DNA of 39,229 bases. Source: Candidatus Heimdallarchaeota archaeon (lineage in GTDB: Archaea; Asgardarchaeota; Heimdallarchaeia; Hodarchaeales; Hodarchaeaceae). The notes below the pieces were generated by a model, which saw only the letters and a list, made by a program, of their open reading frames with translations, searched no databases and had not been told where the DNA came from. Of the stretch, positions 9,641-18,919 are shown piece by piece (positions within the stretch are counted from its first letter, which is position 1; each line of letters opens with the position of its first letter). The position numbers and the translations under genes are program-made. The stretch is from positions 1-39,229 of the forward strand of contig JBHLSH010000031.1 in NCBI GenBank assembly GCA_048881705.1, written 5' to 3'.

Positions 9641-10600
9641 GTGGCAAAATCCCGGATATGTATTGCCCTAGGTGGGAATGCCGTCATCACAAGGGGACAG
9701 AAAGGTACAATTGAAGAACAGAGGGAAAACATTACAAATACGGCTGAACAAATCGTACCTCTTACGAATGACCATGAGATACTTATCACGCACGGGAATG
9801 GTCCACAGATTGGAAATTTGATGCTTCAACAAGAAGCAGGCTCCCAACCTCCTGTAAACATACCTATCATGCCATTTGATGTCAGTGGGGCCATGACCCA
9901 AGGCCAGATCGGGTATCTTATCCAAAATATCCTTGGAAATTTACTCCTAAAGCAAAATCTATCTACTCAAGTTGTTACGATCGTAACCCAGGTAATTGTA
10001 TCAGCAGATGATTTTGCCTTTCAATCACCCAGTAAACCTGTCGGCCCCTTCTATCAGAGAGAGCAGATAGATAGCATCCGATTACAACATCCGAATTGGG
10101 ACTTCATCGAAGATGCAGGGCGAGGATTCCGTCGAATCGTACCCTCCCCTGATCCAATTAGGGTTCACGAAGAGGAGAGCATCTCAAAGTTGTTAGATGC
10201 AGGATTTATCGTGGTTGCCGCAGGTGGTGGAGGAATCCCTATCATTAAGGCGGAAATGGGGTTTGAAGGGATTGAGGCGGTGATTGACAAGGATTTGGCG
10301 AGCGAGCGCCTGGCGAGTGCCATTAATGCAAAGACCCTTGCAATCTTAACCGATACAGATAGAATATACCGGCATTTTGGAACTAGAGATGCTGAAGGTA
10401 TTGACAATATTAGATTAACAGATTTAATAGACCAAATAAAGCAAAGGCAATTTGGAACCAAGTTAAAAGGCAGCATGGGACCTAAGCTGGAAGCGGCCCG
10501 ACGGTTCCTTGTTAGTGGTGGGAGAAAGGTGATTATCTCGCGGCCTGAGCTCATGACAGCAGCTCTAAGAGGGGAGGCAGGAACCACGATTGTTCCATAA
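9641..10600 (+). CDS. arcC: Carbamate kinase
   Basis: IALGGNA, ITHGNGPQIG, GAMTQGQIGY, KPVGPFY, GRGFRRIVPSP, EAVIDKD and GSMGPK. Confidence 0.95.
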   Translation: MAKSRICIALGGNAVITRGQKGTIEEQRENITNTAEQIVPLTNDHEILITHGNGPQIGNLMLQQEAGSQPPVNIPIMPFDVSGAMTQGQIGYLIQNILGNLLLKQNLSTQVVTIVTQVIVSADDFAFQSPSKPVGPFYQREQIDSIRLQHPNWDFIEDAGRGFRRIVPSPDPIRVHEEESISKLLDAGFIVVAAGGGGIPIIKAEMGFEGIEAVIDKDLASERLASAINAKTLAILTDTDRIYRHFGTRDAEGIDNIRLTDLIDQIKQRQFGTKLKGSMGPKLEAARRFLVSGGRKVIISRPELMTAALRGEAGTTIVP

Positions 10601-10675
10601 TTCTCATCGCGAACATGAATAGTACGGGATGTTTTTTCCTATCTCGTGTATAAACCACACGTTCTCTGATAAAGA

Positions 10676-11461
10676 TTAGGGACATGTCTTGACTTCTTCT
10701 TTACAACACGCTGAGGAGGAAAAATACCCGCTAGACACTTCTACAAGTGATGTCTCGCTTGATAAGACCGCGTGCCAGTTGTTGGTTCTCCAATGTGAAA
10801 CAGTGAGGAGAATAGCATCATCCACGATTAGAAAAAAACAGAGGCAATTCAGGGGCATAAACTGATTTCCGTCATCTGATGGTTGAATATTGGCGTGGTA
10901 CATTCCCAAAGTCCTACGTACATTTCCTGGAAGATCCTCAATCGAATTTTTGATGCGGGAATAAATCTCCACTGTAGGAACCATGAGCATAATACTTTTC
11001 TTAGCATTTCGAATCAACTCTTTCGCCTGATTGATTATATTAGCCTCACCCTTGATAATATATGCGAGTTTGGGAGCATCTTCGACCTCTACGCATCTCG
11101 AACTTAATGTCACGTTCAAACGCTCAATTGTCAATAGTTTCTCGTTATATTGTTCGTTGATTCGATTTTCTAAATGTTTCAAACCCTCTGATGGCGATAG
11201 AGGAACATATTCCTTGGGTTTGCCATCTTGAATTCTGATTAGTCCTTTTTCTTCTAGTTTTGATAAGAATCTATAGATCTTGCTATCAGGAATTCCCGTT
11301 TTATTGACCAAATCGCTCGCAGTGGTAGATCCCAGAGGTAAAATTGTGTAGTATACGCGTGCTTCGTTTGTGGTAAGTCCTAGCGCCTCTAGGTCCTTCA
11401 ATATTAGCTCCTCTCCTTGATTGTTCAGAGTCGTCCTATCGATGATCAGTGAAGTATCCAA
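10676..11461 (-). CDS. TrmB-family transcriptional regulator with a Cys-rich C-terminus
   Basis: LGLT.NEARVY..L, GIP.SKIY..L..LE.KGL and G.PK.Y.PLSP form the TrmB wHTH. An effector-domain-like region follows (IIKG..NI......LI.NAKKSI). TTG start with a GGTGA SD. Tail ...NCLCF...ACCKEEVKTCP. Confidence 0.85.
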   Translation of the reverse strand: MDTSLIIDRTTLNNQGEELILKDLEALGLTTNEARVYYTILPLGSTTASDLVNKTGIPDSKIYRFLSKLEEKGLIRIQDGKPKEYVPLSPSEGLKHLENRINEQYNEKLLTIERLNVTLSSRCVEVEDAPKLAYIIKGEANIINQAKELIRNAKKSIMLMVPTVEIYSRIKNSIEDLPGNVRRTLGMYHANIQPSDDGNQFMPLNCLCFFLIVDDAILLTVSHWRTNNWHAVLSSETSLVEVSSGYFSSSACCKEEVKTCP

Positions 11462-11484
11462 ATAATCACCATCTCACTACTTGC

Positions 11485-11506
11485 TTCTACCTACCCCCTG
11501 GTAGAA
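11485..11506. promoter_or_regulatory. Candidate operator (7-bp inverted repeat) between trmB and arsM
   Basis: TTCTACC-N8-GGTAGAA is a perfect palindrome, 5 nt upstream of a TATA-like TTAAAAA (11512-11518). An extra CTACC half-site lies at 11521. Confidence 0.45.
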
Positions 11507-11551
11507 TGCACTTAAAAAGTCTACCGTTCTCTCAAATTTGGAGGAAATTTG

Positions 11552-12295
11552 ATGAGTAAAATAAAAGAGAACGTAAAAAAGAGTTATGGCTCAGCGGTAA
11601 CCAGGCGAATGCAGCAGGAAACTAGCTGTTGTGGTCCTGTAGAAGTAGAGAGCGAATGTTGTCCGTCTGAAACAGGAACAACCGGAGTTACGGAAAAGAT
11701 TTCCGAAACCACACCGAGTTTCGGTTGTGTCGTCGGACTCTCACAAAAAGCCCAAATTCGTCAAGGTGATATCGTAGTTGACCTAGGATCTGGTGCAGGA
11801 TATGATGTGTTCGAAGCTGCGAAACTCGTCGGACCAGATGGGCAAGTGGTAGGAGTTGATTTTACCCCTGAAATGCTCACAACCGCTAGAAACCTTGCAA
11901 CAGAACGGGGCATCACAAACGTAGATTTTCGTATGGGAGACATCGAAAACATAGAAGCCGTCCCCGATGACTTCGCCGATGTAGTTATTAGTAACTGTGT
12001 TATTAATCTCACTGTAGCCAAAAGTTCCGTTTTCAAAGAGGCCTATCGTATTCTTAAGCCAGGAGGGCGCCTGGTAGACGCCGATATCATTGCTGTTGAT
12101 GAATTGCCAGCAAAATTTACCAATAATCCAGGAGCATGGTGTAGTTGTCTCGGCGGGGCGTTGACCGAATCAGGATATCGTACTAAAATCGAAGAGGCTG
12201 GATTCAGCAATATCAAGGTCACTACCTATGGTCAATTTACGAACATGGGTCAGGAATTCCAGAATGGTTTGATAGAAGCGACAAAGAACCCCTAG
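11552..12295 (+). CDS. arsM: Arsenite S-adenosylmethionine methyltransferase
   Basis: N-terminal CC pairs, PSFGC, DLGSGAGYD, GVDFTPEML, ISNCVINL and WCSCLGGAL carry the conserved ArsM cysteines. A GGAGG SD precedes ATG 11552. Confidence 0.9.
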   Translation: MSKIKENVKKSYGSAVTRRMQQETSCCGPVEVESECCPSETGTTGVTEKISETTPSFGCVVGLSQKAQIRQGDIVVDLGSGAGYDVFEAAKLVGPDGQVVGVDFTPEMLTTARNLATERGITNVDFRMGDIENIEAVPDDFADVVISNCVINLTVAKSSVFKEAYRILKPGGRLVDADIIAVDELPAKFTNNPGAWCSCLGGALTESGYRTKIEEAGFSNIKVTTYGQFTNMGQEFQNGLIEATKNP

Positions 12296-12795
12296 GGACT
12301 CTCTTTTTACCTATATATCATCATTCAGGGCTTAAACGACGGAAAATTGACAAATCGTTTTGGTGGACAGATATAGCAGGATGATTTAGGCCGAAATCCA
12401 TTTCCGGGTGCTAGGATTTGGGGCGTTGTTTCCACCAGGTACCCACAATTACTGCTAGAATTTCAGAATCTAAGGACGTATCCAGGCCATTAGGAATATC
12501 AGTGGCAGATCCCAGAATAGTATGGGAAAAAAGTATAACAACCAATATTAATTGAGCAAATATCGATGCACCACAATTCTTGGACATGATAATGAATTTT
12601 CTCCTTACTAAAACTAGTGGTTTCTCACATGAGATGGTAGAACCTTTCCGAAGAAGTTTTGGTGTCCGTTTGATGTACAACGGGAGGTTATAGCAGAGAT
12701 GTTTAAGCTTAGCTAATCCATCTATCGAATTCTGAATAAAATAATGATTAATGTTTTTAATATTGTAGGACTTTTGTCTATTTACGGTGAATTAA

Positions 12796-13284
12796 ATGGA
12801 ACAGGAAGGAACAAACCTCCAAATAGGTGAAGAAGCTCCCGATTTTACATTAAAAGCTCAAGACGGTAAGAAGATTACTCTATCTGACTATCGTGGAAAG
12901 AAAAATGTAATGTTGGTTTTTTATCCCCAGGATTTTACCGCGGTATGTTCTCATCAGATACCTTCATATTCAGAAAAGATTAACAAGTTTGATGCTTTGG
13001 ATACACAAGTACTCGCCATCGGGATAGCATCAATTCCGGTCCATGTGGCGTGGATAGAAAACCTCGGAGGGATAGATTATCCCTTGCTCGCAGATTGGGC
13101 TCCCTACGCAGAGGTCACCAAGAAATATGGTGTTTTCATCCCTCAGCTTGGATTCGCCAAACGAGCAATTTTTATTGTTGATAAAAAGGGAATAATACGC
13201 TATGTTGATGTAACACCAGAACTTGGCATTACTCCTGACGAAAAGAAAATCTTCGAGGCGTTAGAAGCCTTGAAAAGCAGTTGA
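12796..13284 (+). CDS. Peroxiredoxin (AhpE/BCP-like, single Cys)
   Basis: APDFTL, FYPQDFTAVC (PxxxTxxC), LLADW and RAIFIVDKKGIIRY. Confidence 0.9.
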   Translation: MEQEGTNLQIGEEAPDFTLKAQDGKKITLSDYRGKKNVMLVFYPQDFTAVCSHQIPSYSEKINKFDALDTQVLAIGIASIPVHVAWIENLGGIDYPLLADWAPYAEVTKKYGVFIPQLGFAKRAIFIVDKKGIIRYVDVTPELGITPDEKKIFEALEALKSS

Positions 13285-13342
13285 GATCAGTAAAATGTCA
13301 TCGAGGAAGGTATCCTAATCAGCTAAGCTTAAACGAGGAATA

Positions 13343-15496
13343 ATGATGAAAAAAGGAACCCCTTCCCTTTTAGGAGCTTTTTGTATTATAGGCTTGTTGC
13401 TTATTACACTAAATTCAATCAATGGAGAACTCACATCACCCCGCCCTACAATGAGTCTGTCAAGAATCCGCGGTCCGACTACCTACACTTCGACTTTTCC
13501 AGCTCTTAATATTAAAGAACTGATGACCCTAAGCCCAGTTTTTACTCCTGATAACGCTTTGGATATTTATACCAGATGGCTTAACCAGGCAAACACCTCC
13601 ATAGAGATACAAAACCAATATATCACCCAGTTTAACAGTAGCCGGTATACCGAATGGGATACTGATGCGAATCCTATAGTCAGAGCAATCGTGGATGCCA
13701 ACCAAAGTCGAGGTGTAAATGTTCGGGTTCAAGTCAGGGATGATGCTGATTCGGATAATGTTACTGACTATTTGGCAAGTAAGGGGATAGCGGTACGATG
13801 GATGGGGACTCAGACTAGTACAAAAGACAATAGCTGGCTATCCTCCACCCACAATAAGCTGATTCTGATTGATGACAAGATTACCCTCCTAAGCTCAATT
13901 AATTTTGGAGCAAACGCGTTCTTGTATAATCGTGAGGCTGGCTTGGTTATTAAGAGTGCCACGGTAGCTAACTATTATAAATCGATTTTTGAAGAAGATT
14001 GGGCCGATGGGGAATTACCTCAACCCGCTCCAATTTCACGGAAACCGTCTTCAACGATTTATTCATCAGGTATCAATGCAAAGATGGTAAACGGGTATGC
14101 TAGCCATACAAACATCCCCCGCACCAATTATACAGGAACATATAATGTCACCCTATTTACTAATCCAGATAGTGCGGATGATGTGATTTTTCGTTACTTG
14201 AAGTCCGCGACGACCTCTGTCTATGTCTCCATGTACACGATAAGCCGCCCTGACTTTAATAAAACCCTCATCGATCTTAAAAAGGCCAATCCAAATATGG
14301 ATATCCAGGTCCTAATTTCCAATCGAAGAGTCGGATCAGATGAGAATTTAGACACGAAGCAGGCCGCTCAATCTCTTGTGGATAACTTAATACCCGTTTA
14401 TAACTCTACAACGGGATTAAATTACTATCATAACAAGTATTGGATCATAGATGGGAAGCATACCTTTGTTTACAGTGGTAACTGGTCCCCACGATCCGTC
14501 ACTCCCAATGCTACTAGCTACGGTAGCTCAAGTGCCAATCGTGATATGGGCATTGCAGTCCACGATGCAACCGATATCGCTTCATTTTTTAAAACTGAGG
14601 TCTGGGATAAGGATATAGCGGTAGCCTCGCCATGGGAACTGCCAATAGGCATCAAACAAACTAGCTTTTCTCAAGCAGATGTAGTAATGGGAAGTGTTAC
14701 CCTTAGTGGACAGATTTCTGGTCTGAACGATTCAACTGTTTCCTATCGATGGGATACTGGCAGTTTCACAAGCGTAGCTCTTGATAATGGCTCGTTTACG
14801 ATAGTTTATGATACATCTTCTCTTTCAAACGGAATACATGCCTTTGAGGTTCGAGCAATCTCAGCCTCTTTAGGGACTTTTACAGATTCAGTATCAGTGA
14901 ATGTCGTGAACCAACCATCTGGCGAAAGTTGGAAATTCTTGATCACTGAACTCTTACCAAATCCTGCTAGTCCCGTATTAGACTCAGAGGGCGAGTATTT
15001 CGAGATAGCGAATAGCTATTCCTTCTCCCTGTTAATTGAGGGGTGGCAGGTGGGAGACGAGGATCACATACACACTTTTCCGATCGGTACACGAATTATG
15101 GGAGGGGAGGTGATGATAATCGCACGAAACGAAACTGGGTTCCAGGGTGCTTATGGAATTGCAGCTGATTTAGAACTTCCGTTCACACTCGTGCAATCAG
15201 GAGATTTTGTACAACTCCTCGATGTCCAAGGACAATATGTAGATGTGGTGGCTTATGGTTCAGCTTCCGCACCCGATGGTTCTGAAGTATTATCTACTCC
15301 TGGCGAAGGGGAAGCATTACACCGTGTTCCCGCAGATAGGGATACAAATTCGGCTTCTGATTTTACAATTGGGACACCTAACCCCGGTTTCATATCCACT
15401 GGGGTCCCATCCGAGGATACACCTTGGCAGTGGGAAGTTATCTTGGTGGCCCTGGTTTGGCTACCCCTCTTGCGATCCTGGAGGCGAACGAAATAA
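13343..15496 (+). CDS. Secreted, C-terminally anchored phospholipase D-family protein (2 HKD motifs) with Ig-like and lamin-tail domains
   Basis: N-terminal signal; HNKLILID and HNKYWIID; FLITELLPNP...EGEYFEIAN (lamin-tail domain); C-terminal hydrophobic helix followed by basic RSWRRTK. Confidence 0.8.
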   Translation: MMKKGTPSLLGAFCIIGLLLITLNSINGELTSPRPTMSLSRIRGPTTYTSTFPALNIKELMTLSPVFTPDNALDIYTRWLNQANTSIEIQNQYITQFNSSRYTEWDTDANPIVRAIVDANQSRGVNVRVQVRDDADSDNVTDYLASKGIAVRWMGTQTSTKDNSWLSSTHNKLILIDDKITLLSSINFGANAFLYNREAGLVIKSATVANYYKSIFEEDWADGELPQPAPISRKPSSTIYSSGINAKMVNGYASHTNIPRTNYTGTYNVTLFTNPDSADDVIFRYLKSATTSVYVSMYTISRPDFNKTLIDLKKANPNMDIQVLISNRRVGSDENLDTKQAAQSLVDNLIPVYNSTTGLNYYHNKYWIIDGKHTFVYSGNWSPRSVTPNATSYGSSSANRDMGIAVHDATDIASFFKTEVWDKDIAVASPWELPIGIKQTSFSQADVVMGSVTLSGQISGLNDSTVSYRWDTGSFTSVALDNGSFTIVYDTSSLSNGIHAFEVRAISASLGTFTDSVSVNVVNQPSGESWKFLITELLPNPASPVLDSEGEYFEIANSYSFSLLIEGWQVGDEDHIHTFPIGTRIMGGEVMIIARNETGFQGAYGIAADLELPFTLVQSGDFVQLLDVQGQYVDVVAYGSASAPDGSEVLSTPGEGEALHRVPADRDTNSASDFTIGTPNPGFISTGVPSEDTPWQWEVILVALVWLPLLRSWRRTK

Positions 15497-15943
15497 AACG
15501 TCTGAAATTCAGGATTTCGACATGGGAAAAGGGGAGAGAATTCATGAACGACCTCGCAAAGGAATTGGAGGCACCCGTTGAAGTCAGGGATGCGACCCAA
15601 GTAATCCTTCATAACGATCTCGAAGTTCATTGCTTTCCCGATGACCGTGGATTCGCATTCATTACCTGTAAACTGCGAAACGAGGCCGTTTCTCCCCTTA
15701 TCGAGAAGGTAAGACTCCGACATACAATGCGTTAAAGAAATTTGGCCATTGTAGAAATCATCGGAATAATAAATTAGGATAATCCGCACAGCTGTTCAAG
15801 ATGATGGCCTCAGAACCCAAACGTCAATTCATTTCATTGCTTTCACGTTTTGGAGGATACGCTCCTTTGCAAGAGACGATTGGGTATGCAATGCATGAAA
15901 TCCCAAAACAGAGTCATCTACTGAAGGGGCGGATCATTCTCCG

Positions 15944-18133
15944 ATGAATCAAGGTTCTCACGATTCTCGAGCAGAAATGGCCTCGTTTTGGATTAACGCA
16001 GAAGAATATGTCATTCTAAGAGACATCGTTTCTCAAATCACTGGAAATAATAAGCAAAAACATCCTTGGAAAACACAAGACGGCAGGAAAGACCTACCTG
16101 AAAAAGCATCGAAGATTCTTTCAAGGATACCCATTGATATTTTGGGAGAAATCCTCGTTCGCCTACTCCCTGATCTCGAGCGATATTCTTTCGGCCAGCA
16201 TTATACTCCATCAGATATTGTAGATCTAATCTTGGGGTTTACTGTAAAAAGCCCTAATGTTACAGTATTAGATCCTTCATGTGGAACGGGTAGCTTTCTA
16301 GTCCGAACTTTCTATCGTCTGCAATATCTTGACCCTCAAAGACTAAATCAGAAAATATTTGCCCAAATTTGGGGAATAGAACGCTCCAAGCCTGCCAGCC
16401 AGCTTACCTGTATCAATTTAATATCTCGTGTACCAAATCTCAATAAAAATACTGCACAAATAATGACTGCGGATTTTTTTGATGTTTCTACCTCAAAATC
16501 TTCCCAATTGCCAACCATTGATGTTGTGATTGGAAATCCACCCTATTCTCGTCAAGAACTTCTAGATGAGGAATATAAGGCCAAATTAAACGAAGTTATA
16601 TCAGGTGACTATGATATATCCTTAAATTCTCGGACGGGCATTTATGCCCATTTCCTTGTTCATGGCGCTAGTTTTATTGGTGGTAAAAATGGAAATCGTC
16701 TTGGTTACGTCATGCTGCGTTCGTTTTTAGATGTCTCCTTTGGTATTGAACTAAAACGGTTTCTATTGAGGAATTTTAAACTGATCGCTGTGATTGAATC
16801 GTTAAACGAAAAATGGTTCACCGATGCACAAATGATCCCGTGTATTCTAATTCTCGAGACAGAAACAAGACCTTCCGAGAGAGACCAGCATCAAGCAAGC
16901 TTTATACAAATTAAATCAAATCTAGAGGACATTTTTCCTTCCATTGACCAAAACAAGGTTGAAGACCAAAAGAGAAGGTGGCACCTCATTGATGAGTTTG
17001 TCCGTGCCGTTGAAAATTCTAAGAGGAACGCAAGCCAAAATCGAGATTCTGTACATTTTGGCCGAGTTAATATAGAAGAAATAGAAACAATGCGCATTCT
17101 TTCAATTAATCAAAAAGAATTGTTACCAGAAGAAAAGTGGGGGAAGTTTTTAACTGCTCCAAGATCTTTCTATCAAATATTAGAATCTAGTATAACGAAA
17201 GAAATCATTGTTAATCTAGGAGACATCGCTACTATAACCACTGGCCTAAAGAGTGGATCCAATGAGTTCTTTTACTTTCCGAACATTAATTTCGATATAA
17301 AAGAACTTAATGCTGAAAAAATGATAATCCAAGGTAAAAAGGGGTTACGATCACGTAGCTTCGAAATAGAGAGTGAATTCGTTAGTCCCATTCTATGGAA
17401 ATTCAAAGCCCAGTCCGAAATCAGAATTATCACAAATGATGGATACTGCTTAACCGTAACAAAATCCAAGGACGAGCTAAAAGAGGAGAACAAGAAAGTC
17501 CTGAAATACATTGAATTCGGAGAAGAATATCCACCAAACAAACCCTATAGCACTCGGCCAACGTGCCAAAATAGAAGAACAAAATCAGGAAAAGAGTGGT
17601 ACAATATTGATTATAGTATTGCAGCACCGTTGCTTCATTTTGAAATTCAAACCAACCGCGAAATTACTTTTCATTATCACCCCGATCGAAAAGATTCCTT
17701 TCTAAACAAGTGTTTCATGAGCAACTACGGGTTCTATAATATTCTCCCTAAGAATTCAGACGATACTCTAATCATTTTAGGGATCCTTAATTCGACCTTC
17801 GGAATAATGATGATTGAATTTGGAGGGCGATACATAGAGAACCGTGACGGCACCATATCAAATCAGACTCGCGTATATGAACTTAAAAGCATACCAGTCC
17901 TTAATCCTAATAAAATCCCACTAGAATCGAAAAATCAAATTCGTCGAATTTTGCAACGGATGAGTACCAGGAAAATCCAGCCCATTTGGGATGAGATGCA
18001 ACAGCCAGATCGACTAATGCTAGATAAGATTATTCTTGAAGAAATCCTGGGATTAACCAAAGAAGAGCACGAAGTTCTCCGAAGCGTACTTGCAAATATC
18101 GCCAGATCACGAAATGTAAGGAAAAAGCCATAA
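15944..18133 (+). CDS. N6-adenine DNA methyltransferase (type II gamma / IIG-like, with target-recognition region)
   Basis: GQHYTP, DPSCGTGSFL (motif I) and GNPPY (motif IV), with a long C-terminal TRD-like region. No nuclease motif was recognised. Confidence 0.85.
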   Translation: MNQGSHDSRAEMASFWINAEEYVILRDIVSQITGNNKQKHPWKTQDGRKDLPEKASKILSRIPIDILGEILVRLLPDLERYSFGQHYTPSDIVDLILGFTVKSPNVTVLDPSCGTGSFLVRTFYRLQYLDPQRLNQKIFAQIWGIERSKPASQLTCINLISRVPNLNKNTAQIMTADFFDVSTSKSSQLPTIDVVIGNPPYSRQELLDEEYKAKLNEVISGDYDISLNSRTGIYAHFLVHGASFIGGKNGNRLGYVMLRSFLDVSFGIELKRFLLRNFKLIAVIESLNEKWFTDAQMIPCILILETETRPSERDQHQASFIQIKSNLEDIFPSIDQNKVEDQKRRWHLIDEFVRAVENSKRNASQNRDSVHFGRVNIEEIETMRILSINQKELLPEEKWGKFLTAPRSFYQILESSITKEIIVNLGDIATITTGLKSGSNEFFYFPNINFDIKELNAEKMIIQGKKGLRSRSFEIESEFVSPILWKFKAQSEIRIITNDGYCLTVTKSKDELKEENKKVLKYIEFGEEYPPNKPYSTRPTCQNRRTKSGKEWYNIDYSIAAPLLHFEIQTNREITFHYHPDRKDSFLNKCFMSNYGFYNILPKNSDDTLIILGILNSTFGIMMIEFGGRYIENRDGTISNQTRVYELKSIPVLNPNKIPLESKNQIRRILQRMSTRKIQPIWDEMQQPDRLMLDKIILEEILGLTKEEHEVLRSVLANIARSRNVRKKP

Positions 18134-18422
18134 AAGCAGTGAAAAACCTGGACACATGCTCAACCATAAAAAGAAGCCATGGAGATTGAATGAACGGATC
18201 TATCATAAAAAATATTAATTTAAAAGGTTGGAAACCTTGATAGAAGTAAGAACTCCTTAAACAAAGGAAATTTCACCCGTTTTCCTTTATATAAACAAAC
18301 CCCCCGCTCGTTTGCCTCACAGGTTGACTGAGCATGATCATCGGAGCTGTCTTCCCCGAGCCACTCTCTAGGGTTGACCTCTTCCCAAGTACTGCCCTTA
18401 CATCAAGTATAATTAGATAATC

Positions 18423-18430
18423 TTTATAAA
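18423..18430 (+). promoter_or_regulatory. Putative TATA box of the histone gene
   Basis: TTTATAAA about 110 nt upstream of the histone ATG. Assigned on position only. Confidence 0.3.
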
Positions 18431-18540
18431 GAATAAGAAATCCAAGTGATTCGTTCTCTACAGAATAAAAAATCTAACCGATTTCTTCTGTTGCAGAACA
18501 AACCAACTTAAATCAAACAAACGGAGAAAAGGTGAAAGCT

Positions 18541-18747
18541 ATGGCTGGAGGCTTTGCTTCTGCTCGGATTGAGAAGATCATTCGGAATGCTGGCGCACGA
18601 CGGGTATCTGCTGATGCCATTGATCGATTGAACGAAATTATTACTGATTTCGGCACCAATATCGCCAAGTATGCCGTTGAGATCGCTCGACACTCTGGAC
18701 GGAAGACTGTCAAAGAATCAGACATTAAACTGGCAGCAACCAAGTAA
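18541..18747 (+). CDS. Archaeal histone (HMf family)
   Basis: MAGGFASARIEKIIRNAGARRVSADA...AVEIARHSGRKTVKESDIKLA is a histone fold with RVS and RKTV DNA-binding loops. A GGAG SD lies upstream. The ORF track starts at GTG 18532. Confidence 0.95.
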   Translation: MAGGFASARIEKIIRNAGARRVSADAIDRLNEIITDFGTNIAKYAVEIARHSGRKTVKESDIKLAATK

Positions 18748-18795
18748 TCAGGACTATCCTACTCCCGATTATGCTCCCCAGTTAGGTCTACCCCC

Positions 18796-18815
18796 TCTCT
18801 TTTCTTTTTTCTTTT
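18796..18815 (+). terminator. Pyrimidine/U-rich archaeal terminator downstream of the histone gene
   Basis: TCTCTTTTCTTTTTTCTTTT about 50 nt after the stop codon. Confidence 0.55.
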
Positions 18816-18919
18816 ATTGGTCACACTACTAAGTTGTAGCTTTGGTTATGATCTCTAGAGTGTGGGATGGAAAAGATAAACCAAGCCAATATACCCTAAT
18901 CTTGTAATCTTCCCGAAAC

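Noticed and set aside
12411-12680. Minus-strand ORF with a signal-peptide-like stretch (from ATG 12587)
   Set aside because: Only 58 aa from the plausible start, with no family match and no recognisable continuation in other frames.
15253-15789. ORFs 15253-15789 (-) and 15424-15735 (+)
   Set aside because: Both overlap the PLD gene end and show no motif. A 63-aa plus-strand protein from ATG 15544 cannot be excluded but is unsupported.
18301-18410. GC-richer segment with short stems (GCTCG/CGAGC, TGCCTCA/TGAGCA) and CTGA/ATGATCA boxes, suggesting a C/D sRNA or hammerhead
   Set aside because: No proper box C or terminal box D, the hammerhead core is not matched, and the stems are short enough to occur by chance.
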